From Vulcanimicrobiota bacterium (GTDB lineage: Bacteria > Vulcanimicrobiota > Vulcanimicrobiia > Vulcanimicrobiales > Vulcanimicrobiaceae): a DNA stretch of 64,000 nt. Of the stretch, positions 30,192-40,155 are shown piece by piece (within the stretch, counting starts at the first letter, position 1; the number at the start of each line of letters is the position of its first letter). Position numbers and translations under genes: made by a program. Below the pieces are notes generated by a model that was not told the origin of the DNA, searched no databases, and saw nothing but the letters and a program-made list of their open reading frames with translations. The DNA is taken from positions 202,457-266,456 of the forward strand of contig CAVYTL010000001.1 of assembly GCA_963771525.1 (NCBI GenBank), read 5' to 3'.

Positions 30192-31301
30192 ATGACCGCC
30201 GAACGCATCCTCGTCTACTTGCTGACGCTCTCCGTTCTGGTCGTGCTCCACGAGTACGGGCACTTTCTGATCGCGCGGCGGAACGGCGTGCGGGTGACGG
30301 ACTTCGCGCTTGGTTTCGGGCCCACGATCCTGAAGTGGACGTCGCCGCGCAGCGGGACGGTGTACCGCTGGAACGTCTTCCCGATCGGCGGCTACTGCCA
30401 GATGAAGGGCGAGGACGGCAAGTCGACCGAGGCCGAGCAGCAACGCGAGTTCCGCAGCGGCGCCGAGCTCGATCCCGACAACTTTCAGGCGAAGCGGCCG
30501 CTGCAGCGGCTGGCGATCGTCATCGCCGGCCCGATCGCGAACTTCATCGTCGCGCTCGCGCTGTTCTTCGCCGTCGGCCTCGCCTTCGGGGTGCAGAGCG
30601 AGCACCCGACGCTCGTCATCGGATCGCTGCAGAAGGGCGCCGTCGCCGAGCACGCCGGCCTGTTGCCCGGCGACCGTATCGTGAAGGTCAACGGCGTCGC
30701 GATGACGTCCGGCGACCAACTCGTCAGCCTCATCCACGGATCGGCCGGCAAGCTGCTGCACGTCGTGTACGTGCGCGGCGGCAAGGCGCACGACATCGCC
30801 GTCACGCCGAAGCTCTCGCCGAGCCCCGACGGCACGATGGAAGGCCACCTCGGCTTCTCGCCGGTGTTTCCGACGGCCGAGCGCTGGAACGCGGTCGCGG
30901 CGGCCTCGCAGGCGTGGTCGCGGTTCAGCGGCACCGTGACGGCGACGTTCGGCGCGCTCGGCGGCTTGGTGACGCACCCGGCCGCGGTCGCCGGACAGTT
31001 CCAAGGTCCGATCGGCATCGCGCGCACGTCGATGGCGGTGCAAGCGCTCGGCATCGCGCCGTTCCTCTCGCTTGCGGCGCTGATCTCGATCTCGCTCGGC
31101 ATCCTCAATTTGCTGCCGATTCCGGCGCTCGACGGCGGACGCGCGATGTTCATCCTCGTCGAGATGCTGCGCGGAAGGCCCGTTGATCCCGAAAAGGAAG
31201 CGCTCGTGCACGTCGGCGGGTTCGCGTTTCTCATCGTGCTGATGATCGCCGTCTCGTTCCACGACGTCTCCGCCGCCATCGCAGGACACAGCGCGTTCTA
31301 A
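30192..31301 (+). CDS. rseP: RseP-type site-2 metalloprotease with PDZ domain
   Basis: HEYGH, AGPIANF, PDZ (AGLLPGDRI), NLLPIPALDGG. Confidence 0.95.
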   Translation: MTAERILVYLLTLSVLVVLHEYGHFLIARRNGVRVTDFALGFGPTILKWTSPRSGTVYRWNVFPIGGYCQMKGEDGKSTEAEQQREFRSGAELDPDNFQAKRPLQRLAIVIAGPIANFIVALALFFAVGLAFGVQSEHPTLVIGSLQKGAVAEHAGLLPGDRIVKVNGVAMTSGDQLVSLIHGSAGKLLHVVYVRGGKAHDIAVTPKLSPSPDGTMEGHLGFSPVFPTAERWNAVAAASQAWSRFSGTVTATFGALGGLVTHPAAVAGQFQGPIGIARTSMAVQALGIAPFLSLAALISISLGILNLLPIPALDGGRAMFILVEMLRGRPVDPEKEALVHVGGFAFLIVLMIAVSFHDVSAAIAGHSAF

Positions 31302-31302
31302 G

Positions 31303-32457
31303 ATGCTCCGCCTCCGCCGCCTGACGAAGCCCGTGCTGCTCGAGAACAAGTCGAGCTGGTCGAAGGACGCCAAGAAAGTCTGGATCGGCGGCGATCATCC
31401 GATCGCGGTGCAGTCGATGACCACGACGGATACCGCCGACGTCGACAAGACGCTCGAGCAAGTCTATGGGCTCGCGATGGCGGGCTGCGAGATCGTGCGC
31501 GTGACGTGCCAGGATGCGAAGGACGCGGCGGGACTGCCGGCGATCGTCGCGCGCTCGCCGGTGCCGATCGTCGCCGACGTGCACTTCGATCATCGCATGG
31601 CGTTGGCGGCGATCGAGGCCGGCGTCGCGAAGCTGCGACTGAACCCGGGCAACATCACCGATCCGGTGAAGACGCGCGAGGTCGTGAAGCTTGCGGTCGA
31701 GCGCGGCACGCCGATCCGCATCGGCGTCAACATGGGCTCGCTCGCGCGCGATCTCGAGGAGAAGCTCGGACACACGCCGGAGGCGCTCGCCGCCTCCGCG
31801 CTGCGTCACGTCGACATCCTCGAAGAGCTGGGCCACACGGACATCATGATCTCGGTCAAGGCGCACGACGCCGTCACGACGATCTACGCGTACCGGCTGC
31901 TCGCGAAGCAGCTCGACGAACGCGGCACGCCGTACCCGCTGCACCTCGGCGTCACCGAAGCGGGGCTGCCGCGCGACGGAACGATCAAGTCGTCGATCGG
32001 GCTGGGGGTGCTGCTGTTCGAGGGAATCGGCGACACGCTGCGCGTTTCGCTGGCGGCCGATCCGGTCGAGGAAGTCCCGGTCGCCTGGGGCATCCTCAAG
32101 GCGCTCGGGCTGCGCGAGAAGGGCTTCGACATCACCGCCTGCCCGTCGTGCGGCCGCGCCGAGATCGAGGTCGTCAACCTCGCCCGCATGGTCGAGGCCA
32201 TCGCCAAAGAGTACACGGCGCCGGTCAAAGTCGCGGTGATGGGCTGTGTCGTCAACGGCCCAGGCGAGTCCAAGATGGCCGATGTAGGAATAGCAGGGGG
32301 CAAAGGCAAGGGGGCGATCTACCGCAAGGGCGAGCTCGTCGGTACCTTCGCCGAAGCCGATCTGCTGGGACGCCTCCGCCGAGAGATCGAAAACGTCATC
32401 GAGGAACAGTATCCGGACTACCTCCACGAAATTCACCGTGAGCCGACCGCCGTTTAG
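31303..32457 (+). CDS. ispG: HMBPP synthase IspG
   Basis: PIAVQSMT, RLNPGN, PLHLGVTEAG, GIGDTLRVSL, CPSCGR, MGCVVNGPGE. Confidence 0.98.
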   Translation: MLRLRRLTKPVLLENKSSWSKDAKKVWIGGDHPIAVQSMTTTDTADVDKTLEQVYGLAMAGCEIVRVTCQDAKDAAGLPAIVARSPVPIVADVHFDHRMALAAIEAGVAKLRLNPGNITDPVKTREVVKLAVERGTPIRIGVNMGSLARDLEEKLGHTPEALAASALRHVDILEELGHTDIMISVKAHDAVTTIYAYRLLAKQLDERGTPYPLHLGVTEAGLPRDGTIKSSIGLGVLLFEGIGDTLRVSLAADPVEEVPVAWGILKALGLREKGFDITACPSCGRAEIEVVNLARMVEAIAKEYTAPVKVAVMGCVVNGPGESKMADVGIAGGKGKGAIYRKGELVGTFAEADLLGRLRREIENVIEEQYPDYLHEIHREPTAV

Positions 32458-32929
32458 CGCCAAAGCGCTCGTCCCGAACGGACGACTGATCGTAGCGACC
32501 GCCGTTGCCGCCCTGGTAGCGTCGCTCTCGCTCGCGCTGTCGACTCCGGCGACGATCAGCGTCGACGGCCAGCGTCTCGCCTCGGACGTTCCGCCGGTCA
32601 CGTCCCCGAACGGGACGTTCCTGCCGCTGCGCGCCGTCGCCGACGCCGCGGGCGCACAGACCACGTTCGATCCGCCGTCGGGCGCGATCACCGTTCGCCG
32701 CGGCACCGACGCCCTCACGATGCACGTCGGCACGCGCGAAGCCGTCCTGAACGGCCGCCGCGTCGCGCTCGCGCACGCGCCCTTCACCGTGCGGGGCCGC
32801 GTCATGGTCGCCGACACGACCGTCGCGAACACGTTCGCCTCCACCGTCCGCTTCGATGCGAAGCACGGGCGCGTCATCGTCCGCACCCCGGGCGTGGTGG
32901 TTGCGGGCGCGGCCGACGACGAGCCTTAG
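32438..32929 (+). CDS. Secreted copper amine oxidase N-terminal (stalk) domain protein
   Basis: N-terminal hydrophobic segment; ISVDGQ..DVPP..NGTFLPLRAVA, APF..RGRVMV. Confidence 0.8.
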   Translation: MSRPPFSAKALVPNGRLIVATAVAALVASLSLALSTPATISVDGQRLASDVPPVTSPNGTFLPLRAVADAAGAQTTFDPPSGAITVRRGTDALTMHVGTREAVLNGRRVALAHAPFTVRGRVMVADTTVANTFASTVRFDAKHGRVIVRTPGVVVAGAADDEP

Positions 32930-32965
32930 GCTCGGCCCGACCTCCGCCGCTTGAGGCGGTGGGGA

Positions 32966-33113
32966 GGGCGCGGAGCGGCGCGCGGTGCTGCTGCGGGCAC
33001 GCTCCCTGCGCGCATCCTGCGCTTCGGTCGCTACGCGCTCCGTCGCTCTCGCGCATCCTGCGCTCCGCGACTTCGCGAGTGGCCGCCGCAGGACCGCGCG
33101 CCGCTCCGCACCC
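32966..33113. repeat. Intergenic 148-bp inverted-repeat element with an internal 15-bp direct repeat
   Basis: Imperfect arms of about 37-39 bp (32966-33004 and 33077-33113); CGCGCATCCTGCGCT at 33009-33023 and 33050-33064. Confidence 0.75.
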
Positions 33114-33239
33114 GGCACGATCGTTGAGCTGCGGTCGACCCTCGCGGCATTGCACGGCGGCCTCGGGCTGCAACGCGCTGCGTGATCTGCCGGGTGCGGT
33201 GGACTATCGGCAGATTGAGATGCTGCTTCGGAACGACGG

Positions 33240-33476
33240 TTGGACTTCTGGTTCACTGCCGGGATCATGATGCTCGCGGCAGATGCCGCGCTGTACGTCT
33301 GGGTCGGACAGGCCGGTGTCGGCGGCGATATGCTGATGATCGCGTTGATCGTGGTAACCATCGTAGCGGCGGCAGTCGGGGTTGGCGCCGGTGTGACGAA
33401 CCTGCTCGTGCGCTTTCGGCTCGATTCGGGTCCGCAGAGTGTTTGCCGGCGAAGCAATCATCGATCTTGTCAGTAG
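33240..33476 (+). CDS. Possible small two-TM membrane protein
   Basis: 78-aa ORF with two hydrophobic stretches; TTG start, no clear RBS. Confidence 0.35.
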   Translation: MDFWFTAGIMMLAADAALYVWVGQAGVGGDMLMIALIVVTIVAAAVGVGAGVTNLLVRFRLDSGPQSVCRRSNHRSCQ

Positions 33477-33624
33477 CGGCCGCGGCGGAAGCGGCAAGCA
33501 AACAGCATCCACGTCGTATTCGAGCGTCATGGTCCGACGGTTGCGGGCTCGGCCTTCGACCGCCCGCTCGGTGTCGCCGCGTCGGTTAAGGGTACGCGGT
33601 CGTAACCCGCCGAGGACACGACAT

Positions 33625-34233
33625 TTGCATTCGAAGCTGACGCGCCGCCGCTTTTTGGTGCGGGCGGCGCTTCCGACCATCGCGCTCGGAATGGAGATCG
33701 GTGCGCCGCGGCTCGCGCGCGCGGCGGCGAGCGTCGTCGCCGTCACCGTCGTGCCGGCGCGCGGGCCCGCGCCGATTCCCGTCACGCTCGCGGTGAACGG
33801 GCAGCAGCATCGCCTGGAGCTCGAGCCGCGCGTCACGCTGCTCGACGCGCTGCGCGAGCGGCTGCAGCTGACCGGCACGAAAAAAGGCTGCGATCAGGGC
33901 CAGTGCGGGGCGTGCACCGTGCTCGTCGACGGGCGGCGCGTCAATTCGTGTCTCACGCTCGCCGTCGCGGTCGAAGGCAAGCACGTCACGACCGTCGAGG
34001 GGCTGGCGCGCGGGAATGCGCTGCATCCGGTGCAGCAGGCGTTCATCGACAAGGACGCGTTCCAGTGCGGCTACTGCACGCCCGGACAGATCTGCTCGGC
34101 GGTCGGGCTGCTGAACGAGAAGCGCAGTCTCGGCTCCGCCACCGTGCGCGAGTACATGAGCGGCAACATCTGCCGCTGCGGCGCCTACACGAATATCGTC
34201 GCGGCGGTGCAGCAGGCCGGAGGGCACGCCTGA
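33625..34233 (+). CDS. 2Fe-2S subunit of xanthine dehydrogenase-family oxidoreductase with Tat signal (PaoA/YagT-like)
   Basis: GAGGA RBS, TTG 33625, TRRRFL twin-arginine motif, GTKKGCDQGQCGACT, QCGYCTPGQ, GNICRCG. Confidence 0.93.
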   Translation: MHSKLTRRRFLVRAALPTIALGMEIGAPRLARAAASVVAVTVVPARGPAPIPVTLAVNGQQHRLELEPRVTLLDALRERLQLTGTKKGCDQGQCGACTVLVDGRRVNSCLTLAVAVEGKHVTTVEGLARGNALHPVQQAFIDKDAFQCGYCTPGQICSAVGLLNEKRSLGSATVREYMSGNICRCGAYTNIVAAVQQAGGHA

Positions 34234-35219
34234 TGCGGCCGTTCGCCTACGCGCGCGCCGCGAACGCCGGCGATGCGGTCGCGACGCTCGCGCAGCATCC
34301 GCGCGGCGCGTTCCTCGCCGGCGGGACGAACATCGTCGATCTCATCAAGGTCGACGTCGCAATGCCCGACACGCTTATCGATATCAACGCGCTGCCGCTC
34401 GCGTCGATCGCCGCCGAGCGCGACGGACGCATACGCATCGGCGCGCTCGCACGCATGTCCGACACCGCGGACCATCCGCTCGTCGCGCGCGGCGCTCCCG
34501 TGCTCTCGCAGGCGCTGAACCTGTCCGCGTCGCCGCAGCTGCGCAACATGGCGTCGATCGGCGGCAACGTGCTGCAGCGCACGCGCTGCGCATACTTCCG
34601 CGATGTCTCGCAGCCGTGCAACAAGCGGCGCAACGGCGAGGGCTGCAGCGCGATCGGCGGCGACGACCGCAAGATGGCGATCCTCGGCGCGAGCGAGAAG
34701 TGCATCGCGACGCACCCTTCGGACTTCGCCGTCGCGATGCTCGTGACGGACGCGACGATCCACATCCACGGCCCGAACGGCGACCGTACGACGCCGTTCC
34801 TCGGCTTCCACCGGCTCCCGGGCGACGATCCGACGCGCGACACGAACCTCGCGGCGGGCGAGCTGATCGTCGCACTCTCGTTCGCGCCGAGCGCGCTGAC
34901 GCGGCACTCCGCATACGTCAAGGTGCGCGACCGGGCGTCGTACGAGTTCGCGCTCGTCTCCGCGGCAGCCGGCATCGACGTGCGGAGCCGCACCGTGCAC
35001 GACGTGCGCATCGGGATCGGCGGCGTCGCGCACGCGCCGTGGCGCGCCAAGGTCGCCGAAGCGGCGCTGGTGGGCAAGGCGCCGACCCCCGACGCCTTCG
35101 GCGCGGCGGCCGATGCGGAGCTGCGCGCGGCGAAGCCGCAGCGGCTGAACGGGTTCAAGCTCGCGATGGCGCGCGCCGCGATCGTTCGCGCGCTCGCCGC
35201 GGCAGGGGCGGCGGCATGA
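34233..35219 (+). CDS. FAD-binding subunit (PaoB/YagS-like)
   Basis: FLAGGTN, ASPQLRNMASIGGN, Cys insert RCAYFR..CNKR..GC..C, KVRDRASYEFA. Confidence 0.93.
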   Translation: MRPFAYARAANAGDAVATLAQHPRGAFLAGGTNIVDLIKVDVAMPDTLIDINALPLASIAAERDGRIRIGALARMSDTADHPLVARGAPVLSQALNLSASPQLRNMASIGGNVLQRTRCAYFRDVSQPCNKRRNGEGCSAIGGDDRKMAILGASEKCIATHPSDFAVAMLVTDATIHIHGPNGDRTTPFLGFHRLPGDDPTRDTNLAAGELIVALSFAPSALTRHSAYVKVRDRASYEFALVSAAAGIDVRSRTVHDVRIGIGGVAHAPWRAKVAEAALVGKAPTPDAFGAAADAELRAAKPQRLNGFKLAMARAAIVRALAAAGAAA

Positions 35220-37408
35220 TCGGCGCACCGCAGCCGCGCGTCGACGGGCGCGCGAAGGTCACCGGTGCGGCGAAGTACGCGTACGAGGAACCGGTTCCGA
35301 ACGCCCTGTACGCCGTAATGGTCACGAGCACGATCGCGGCCGGCCGCGTCAGCGCAATCGATGCGTCCGAGGCGCAGCGGCTGCCCGGCGTCGTGACGGT
35401 GCTGACGCACGAGAACGCGCCGCGGGTGAACGCCGACGCCGCGGACCGCAAGCTCAAGGTGCTGCAGGACGCGACGGTCTTCTACGACCGGCAGCCGGTC
35501 GCGCTCGTCGTCGCCGACACCTTCGAGCACGCCGTCGACGCGGCGTCCCGCGTGCACGTCGCCTACGACCGCGCGCAGGCCGCGGCGACGATGGAGTCGC
35601 CCGGCGCGGTCGAGTACACGCCGCAGAGCGCGAACCGGAACCCGCCGGACACGTCGCGCGGCGACTTCGATACCGCGTTCGGCTCCGCGCCGGTGAAGCT
35701 CGACAACCGCTACATCACGCCGACCGAATTCCACAACCCGATGGAGCCGCACGCGGCGCTCGCGATCTGGGAGGCAAACCGCCTGACGCTCTACGACGCC
35801 GCGCAGGGCGTCTTCTCCCGGCGCGCGAGCATCGCGAAGGTGTTCGGCATCCCCGAGTCCGACGTGCGCGTCATCGCGAAGTTCGTCGGCGGCGGGTTCG
35901 GCTCGAAGGGCGGGACGAACCCGCACCACGCGCTCGCCGCGATGGCGGCGAAGGCCCTGAATCGTCCGGTGAAGCTCGTCCTCACCCGACCGCAGATGTT
36001 CGGCGGCTTCGGCAACCGGCCGCGCACCGAGCAGCGCCTGCGCATCGGCGCGGACCGCAGCGGCAAGCTGGTCGCGCTCGCGCACGACTCGCGCAGTCAG
36101 GCCTCCCGCTACGACGATTTCATCGAGAACACCGCCGTCATCTCGCGCATGCTGTATGCCGTCGAGAACCAGATCACGACGCACCGCGGCGTCCGGCACG
36201 ACGTCGTCACGCCGACGTACATGCGCGCGCCCGGCGAGTCCAGCGGCTCGTTCGCGCTGGAGTCGGCGATGGACGAGCTGGCGTACGCGGTGAACGTCGA
36301 TCCGGTGCAGCTCCGGCTGATCAACTATGCCGAGAGCGATCCCGAAGAGAAGAAGCCGTGGTCGTCCAAGTCGCTGCGCGCGTGCTACGAGCAGGGCGCG
36401 GCGCGCTTCGGCTGGTCGCGGCGCACGCCCGAGCCGCGGTCGATGCACACGCCGGACGGGCTGCTGGTGGGGTACGGCATGGCGTCCTCGACGTATCCCT
36501 CGAACCGCTCGTCGGCATCGGCGTCGGCGACGCTGCACGCGGACGGGACGGCGTACGTCACCAGCGGCGGCGTCGACATCGGAACCGGCGCGTACACCGC
36601 GTTCACGCAGGTCGCCGCCGAGGCGATCGGCATGCCGGTCGAGCGCGTGCGCTTCGACCTCGGCGACACGACGATGCCGCCGGCGCCGCAGGCGGGCGGG
36701 TCGCAGCTCACCGCGAGCGTCGCGAACGCGGTGCACGACGCCGGAATCGCGCTGCGCCGCCGCATCGGCGCGCTCGCGAGCGCCGATCCGCGTTCGCCGC
36801 TGCGCGGGCGCGCGTTCGAGGCGCTCGGTTTCGCGGACGGCCGCGTCTTCGTGCGCGCGCAGCCGTCGGCGGGCGAGACGTTCGTGGAGGTTCTCCGGCG
36901 CGCCGGACAAGGATCGGTCAGCGCGCGCGCGGACGTCGAGCACGATCGGGGGCAGAAGGCACCGTACTCCTCGCACGCGTTCGGCGCGCATTTCGCCGAG
37001 GTGCACGTCGACCCGGATTTCGGCACGGTTCGCCTCGCGCGCATGGTCAGCGCGTTCGCGGCGGGTCACATCGTCAACGCGCGCACGGCGCGCAGCCAAT
37101 TCCTCGGCGGAGCGGTCTGGGGCGTTTCGATGGCACTGCACGAGGAGGCCCGCATCGACGAGCGCACCGGGCGCTACATGAACGCCAACCTCGAGAGTTA
37201 CCTCGTTCCGGTCAATGCCGACATCCCGGCGGTCGACATCATCCTGGTCGACGAGCACGACGAACACGTGAACCCGCTCGGCATCAAGGGGATCGGTGAG
37301 ATCGGGAACGTCGGCAGCGCGGCCGCCGTCGCGAACGCGGTGTACCACGCGACCGGCAAGCGCGTGCGCGACCTGCCGATCACGCCGGAGAAGCTGCTGG
37401 CGGGCTGA
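35216..37408 (+). CDS. Molybdopterin-binding subunit (PaoC/YagR-like)
   Basis: KVTGAAKYA, HNPMEPH, VGGGFGSK, MRAPGE, DIGTG, KGIGEIG. Confidence 0.95.
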   Translation: MIGAPQPRVDGRAKVTGAAKYAYEEPVPNALYAVMVTSTIAAGRVSAIDASEAQRLPGVVTVLTHENAPRVNADAADRKLKVLQDATVFYDRQPVALVVADTFEHAVDAASRVHVAYDRAQAAATMESPGAVEYTPQSANRNPPDTSRGDFDTAFGSAPVKLDNRYITPTEFHNPMEPHAALAIWEANRLTLYDAAQGVFSRRASIAKVFGIPESDVRVIAKFVGGGFGSKGGTNPHHALAAMAAKALNRPVKLVLTRPQMFGGFGNRPRTEQRLRIGADRSGKLVALAHDSRSQASRYDDFIENTAVISRMLYAVENQITTHRGVRHDVVTPTYMRAPGESSGSFALESAMDELAYAVNVDPVQLRLINYAESDPEEKKPWSSKSLRACYEQGAARFGWSRRTPEPRSMHTPDGLLVGYGMASSTYPSNRSSASASATLHADGTAYVTSGGVDIGTGAYTAFTQVAAEAIGMPVERVRFDLGDTTMPPAPQAGGSQLTASVANAVHDAGIALRRRIGALASADPRSPLRGRAFEALGFADGRVFVRAQPSAGETFVEVLRRAGQGSVSARADVEHDRGQKAPYSSHAFGAHFAEVHVDPDFGTVRLARMVSAFAAGHIVNARTARSQFLGGAVWGVSMALHEEARIDERTGRYMNANLESYLVPVNADIPAVDIILVDEHDEHVNPLGIKGIGEIGNVGSAAAVANAVYHATGKRVRDLPITPEKLLAG

Positions 37409-37456
37409 CGCCGGCGATCGTCGTTGCGATCGCCGCCGCGCACCGCCGCCGTGGGC

Positions 37457-39727
37457 TCAGTGGTGCGAATAGGGCGACGTGCCGGGGACGACTTCCACGA
37501 GCTGCATCATGCCGCGGTCCTCGTGGATGAGGATGTGGCAATGGATGACGTACTGGCCGGTGAAGTCGACGAAGCGGCTGCGCATCCGGAACCAGCCCGG
37601 CACCGTGATCGTGCAGGCGCCGTTGGTGCACGCGAGGGCGTACGGCTGCAGCTGCGGGCAGTTCGCCGGCGCGGTGCAGCTCACGGGTACGCCCTGCTTC
37701 CCGGTCGGGATCGCGAACGTGTCCCACCACACCCAGGGCGGCGGCAGCACGCGCGCATTGCACGGGACGAAGCCCGGCAGGTTCGGATCGAACGTGTTCG
37801 GGTTGTTCGGATCGATCGGACACGGCTGGCTCGCCGCGTTCGGCTGGAACAGCTCGAGGATCTGGAACGGGTTGATGTGGATGTGGAACGGGTGCTGCTT
37901 GTCGTTGGCCTGGTTCATCACGATCCACTCTTCCGCCGTGTTCAGGGTCATCGTCTGGTCGACGTGGTGGTCGTCGAACTTCTTGCCGTCGATCGTATTG
38001 CTTCCGGGCCCGAAGACCAGCTCGCGGCGCCGCCCGTGCACTTCGGCGCTCGTGATGTCGTTGAGGAACGACGGGAACGCCGGGAAGTTCGCGTTCGGGA
38101 TGAAGTCCATCGCGGGGCTCACCGCCGTGCCGCCGACCGCGACCGTGAGGAGCGCGCTCGGCGCTTCCGGGAACGCTCCGGACGGAGCGGCCGGCGCTGC
38201 GGTCTGCAGCAGCAGACCGTTGTTCGCGACGATGCACAGCGTGTAGTTGCCGGGTGAAGACGGCGCCTTCACGAGCAGGTCGGCGCGGTTGGCCGGCGCG
38301 AGGTTGAACTGCTTCCCGACCGCCCCGAACGTCGAGTAGTTCGCGACGTTGAGCTGCACGCCGTCCTGCGCGATCTGTCGCCATTGGACGCTCGGCGCGG
38401 GCGCCGGTGCGTTCGCGGCGTTGCACTGCGCGTTCCCCGGCTGCGTCGGCTTGAAATACGCGAACTGGACGCCGTCGCGCCACGCACCGTTGACGATGCG
38501 CCACATCTGCACCTCGCCGGGGCGCATCCCGACGAGCGGATCGATGCGTCCGTTCACCCAGAGGCGCGGGCGCTTGCCGGAACCGGGGCCGCCCGTCGGG
38601 TTGATCAGCGGGAACGGCGCGCTCGCGAGCTGCTCGATGATCAGCACGCGCTCGCGCAGCCCGCTCGCGTAATGGTGGTGCAGGTCGGTGTCGTACTGGC
38701 CCTGGATGATGAACGCGCCGACCATACCGTTCGCGACGTTGAGCGCCGTCGATCCGTGCTTGTGCGCGTGGTACCAGTGCGTGCCCGGCGACTGGCCCAT
38801 GCGCATCTTCGCCGGGTCGTACTTCGGCAGCGGGAAGCAGTACGGCGCCGCGCCGAGCTGATACTGCGGCCACAGGTGCGCCGCGATCTGCGCCTGATCG
38901 GCGGGCCACAGGCGCATGCTGGCCGGCAGCGTCCCGGGATGGCCCTGATACGGCACCGTGTTGTCGTACTGCTGGAGCAGCGACTTCTGCAGGTTCTGCC
39001 ACGCCAGCGGCATGTCGGTCCAGAGCTTCGGCGGCCCGTTCGTCTCGCAGCGCTGGAAGAACGCCGCGAGAATGGAGTCCGCGTTCGTTTCGGACGGCGT
39101 CAGGCCGGTCTTCGTGCGCAGCGCCGGACGGACGAAGATGAGAACGTTGTCCCCGGACGTGCTCGGCGTGGTATGCGTGCCGTGATAGTGAATGTTTGCG
39201 GTGCTCGAGCCGTGCAGGCAGTCCGGCATCGTGTCTTGCCCGGCGCTGCCCTGCTGCTGGCTGCCGACCGTGTACTGATCGCAGGCGCCCATCGTGCCGA
39301 CGTCGCCGCGGTCGAGCGCGAAGCCGAAATCGTTCACGTTCACTTCGTTGAAGAACGTGAGCTCGACGAGATCGCCGACGTTCGCGCGAAGCGTCGGCCC
39401 GGGCAGCGGATCCGGACCCGCCGGCCATTTGATCGGCCTCGCGGGATCCGTGCCCGAGTAGTACCGGATGAACTGCGTCGCGCAGCGGCTGTCGCCGGCC
39501 GGGCCCCACAGCGTGCGAATGCCGTCGCTCACGCGCACCGTGCCCTTGAGCTTGTGGGCGCCGTTGCTGGCGATCTCCGGCATCTCGAGCAGCGCTTGCT
39601 GCGTCGCTGGACACGGCACGACGTGCTGCGCGGCCTGCGACTCCGCGGGGACGCGCGCGCTGAAAGCGAGCCCGACGGCGCACACGACGACGGCCGACGC
39701 GGCGCGGGCGATCCGCAACGGCGTCAT
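37457..39727 (-). CDS. Secreted multicopper oxidase
   Basis: Signal peptide; copper motifs NIHYHG, HWYHAHKH, HPFHIH, HCHILIHEDRGMM. Confidence 0.95.
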   Translation of the reverse strand: MTPLRIARAASAVVVCAVGLAFSARVPAESQAAQHVVPCPATQQALLEMPEIASNGAHKLKGTVRVSDGIRTLWGPAGDSRCATQFIRYYSGTDPARPIKWPAGPDPLPGPTLRANVGDLVELTFFNEVNVNDFGFALDRGDVGTMGACDQYTVGSQQQGSAGQDTMPDCLHGSSTANIHYHGTHTTPSTSGDNVLIFVRPALRTKTGLTPSETNADSILAAFFQRCETNGPPKLWTDMPLAWQNLQKSLLQQYDNTVPYQGHPGTLPASMRLWPADQAQIAAHLWPQYQLGAAPYCFPLPKYDPAKMRMGQSPGTHWYHAHKHGSTALNVANGMVGAFIIQGQYDTDLHHHYASGLRERVLIIEQLASAPFPLINPTGGPGSGKRPRLWVNGRIDPLVGMRPGEVQMWRIVNGAWRDGVQFAYFKPTQPGNAQCNAANAPAPAPSVQWRQIAQDGVQLNVANYSTFGAVGKQFNLAPANRADLLVKAPSSPGNYTLCIVANNGLLLQTAAPAAPSGAFPEAPSALLTVAVGGTAVSPAMDFIPNANFPAFPSFLNDITSAEVHGRRRELVFGPGSNTIDGKKFDDHHVDQTMTLNTAEEWIVMNQANDKQHPFHIHINPFQILELFQPNAASQPCPIDPNNPNTFDPNLPGFVPCNARVLPPPWVWWDTFAIPTGKQGVPVSCTAPANCPQLQPYALACTNGACTITVPGWFRMRSRFVDFTGQYVIHCHILIHEDRGMMQLVEVVPGTSPYSHH

Positions 39728-40011
39728 GACGTCACCTGGATCGTGCCGCCGTGGTCGGCGGGCGTCAGCGAGTCGGCATACTTCAGCGTGGCGGCCGCGG
39801 TCGGGACGTACGTCGTCGACGACGAGTTCGCCGCGATCTGGTTCGCCATGTACGCGGCCGGCTTTCCGGGCGCGCCGGGCCAATGCGGCTTGTCATCGTC
39901 GTTGACCCAAATGATCTCATCGCCGACCTCGACCTTGGTCAGCGGATTCGGATCGTACGCGAAGCCGGGCGCGGTCGCCGACTTCTTGATGACGATCTGC
40001 CAAGTGAACAT
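39724..40011 (-). CDS. Small cupredoxin-fold-like protein
   Basis: AGGGGG RBS; FAYDPNPL..VEVGDEIIWVN.D..PH and GTIQV; ATGA-coupled to the oxidase. Confidence 0.7.
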   Translation of the reverse strand: MFTWQIVIKKSATAPGFAYDPNPLTKVEVGDEIIWVNDDDKPHWPGAPGKPAAYMANQIAANSSSTTYVPTAAATLKYADSLTPADHGGTIQVTS

Positions 40012-40155
40012 GCGCAAAGACCCCCTAGCGCAGCACGCCCGATCGAAGCTCGTCTTCCACCCCGAGCCGGACGAGGGCCTTACGGTCTGCGGCGGCGCAC
40101 ACCTTCCGGCCCCCGGCGCGCTGAACGTCCGCGCTTCCCGTCGAACGGCGCGCTC

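Noticed and set aside
32930-33240. tRNA, SRP RNA, RNase P RNA or tmRNA in the intergenic gap
   Set aside because: No diagnostic conserved sequence recognised; reported only as an inverted-repeat element
22297-33595. GGGTAA/GGGTAC hexamers (22314, 33590) as SigB/SigF-type promoters
   Set aside because: Matching -35 elements are weak; two instances are not enough support
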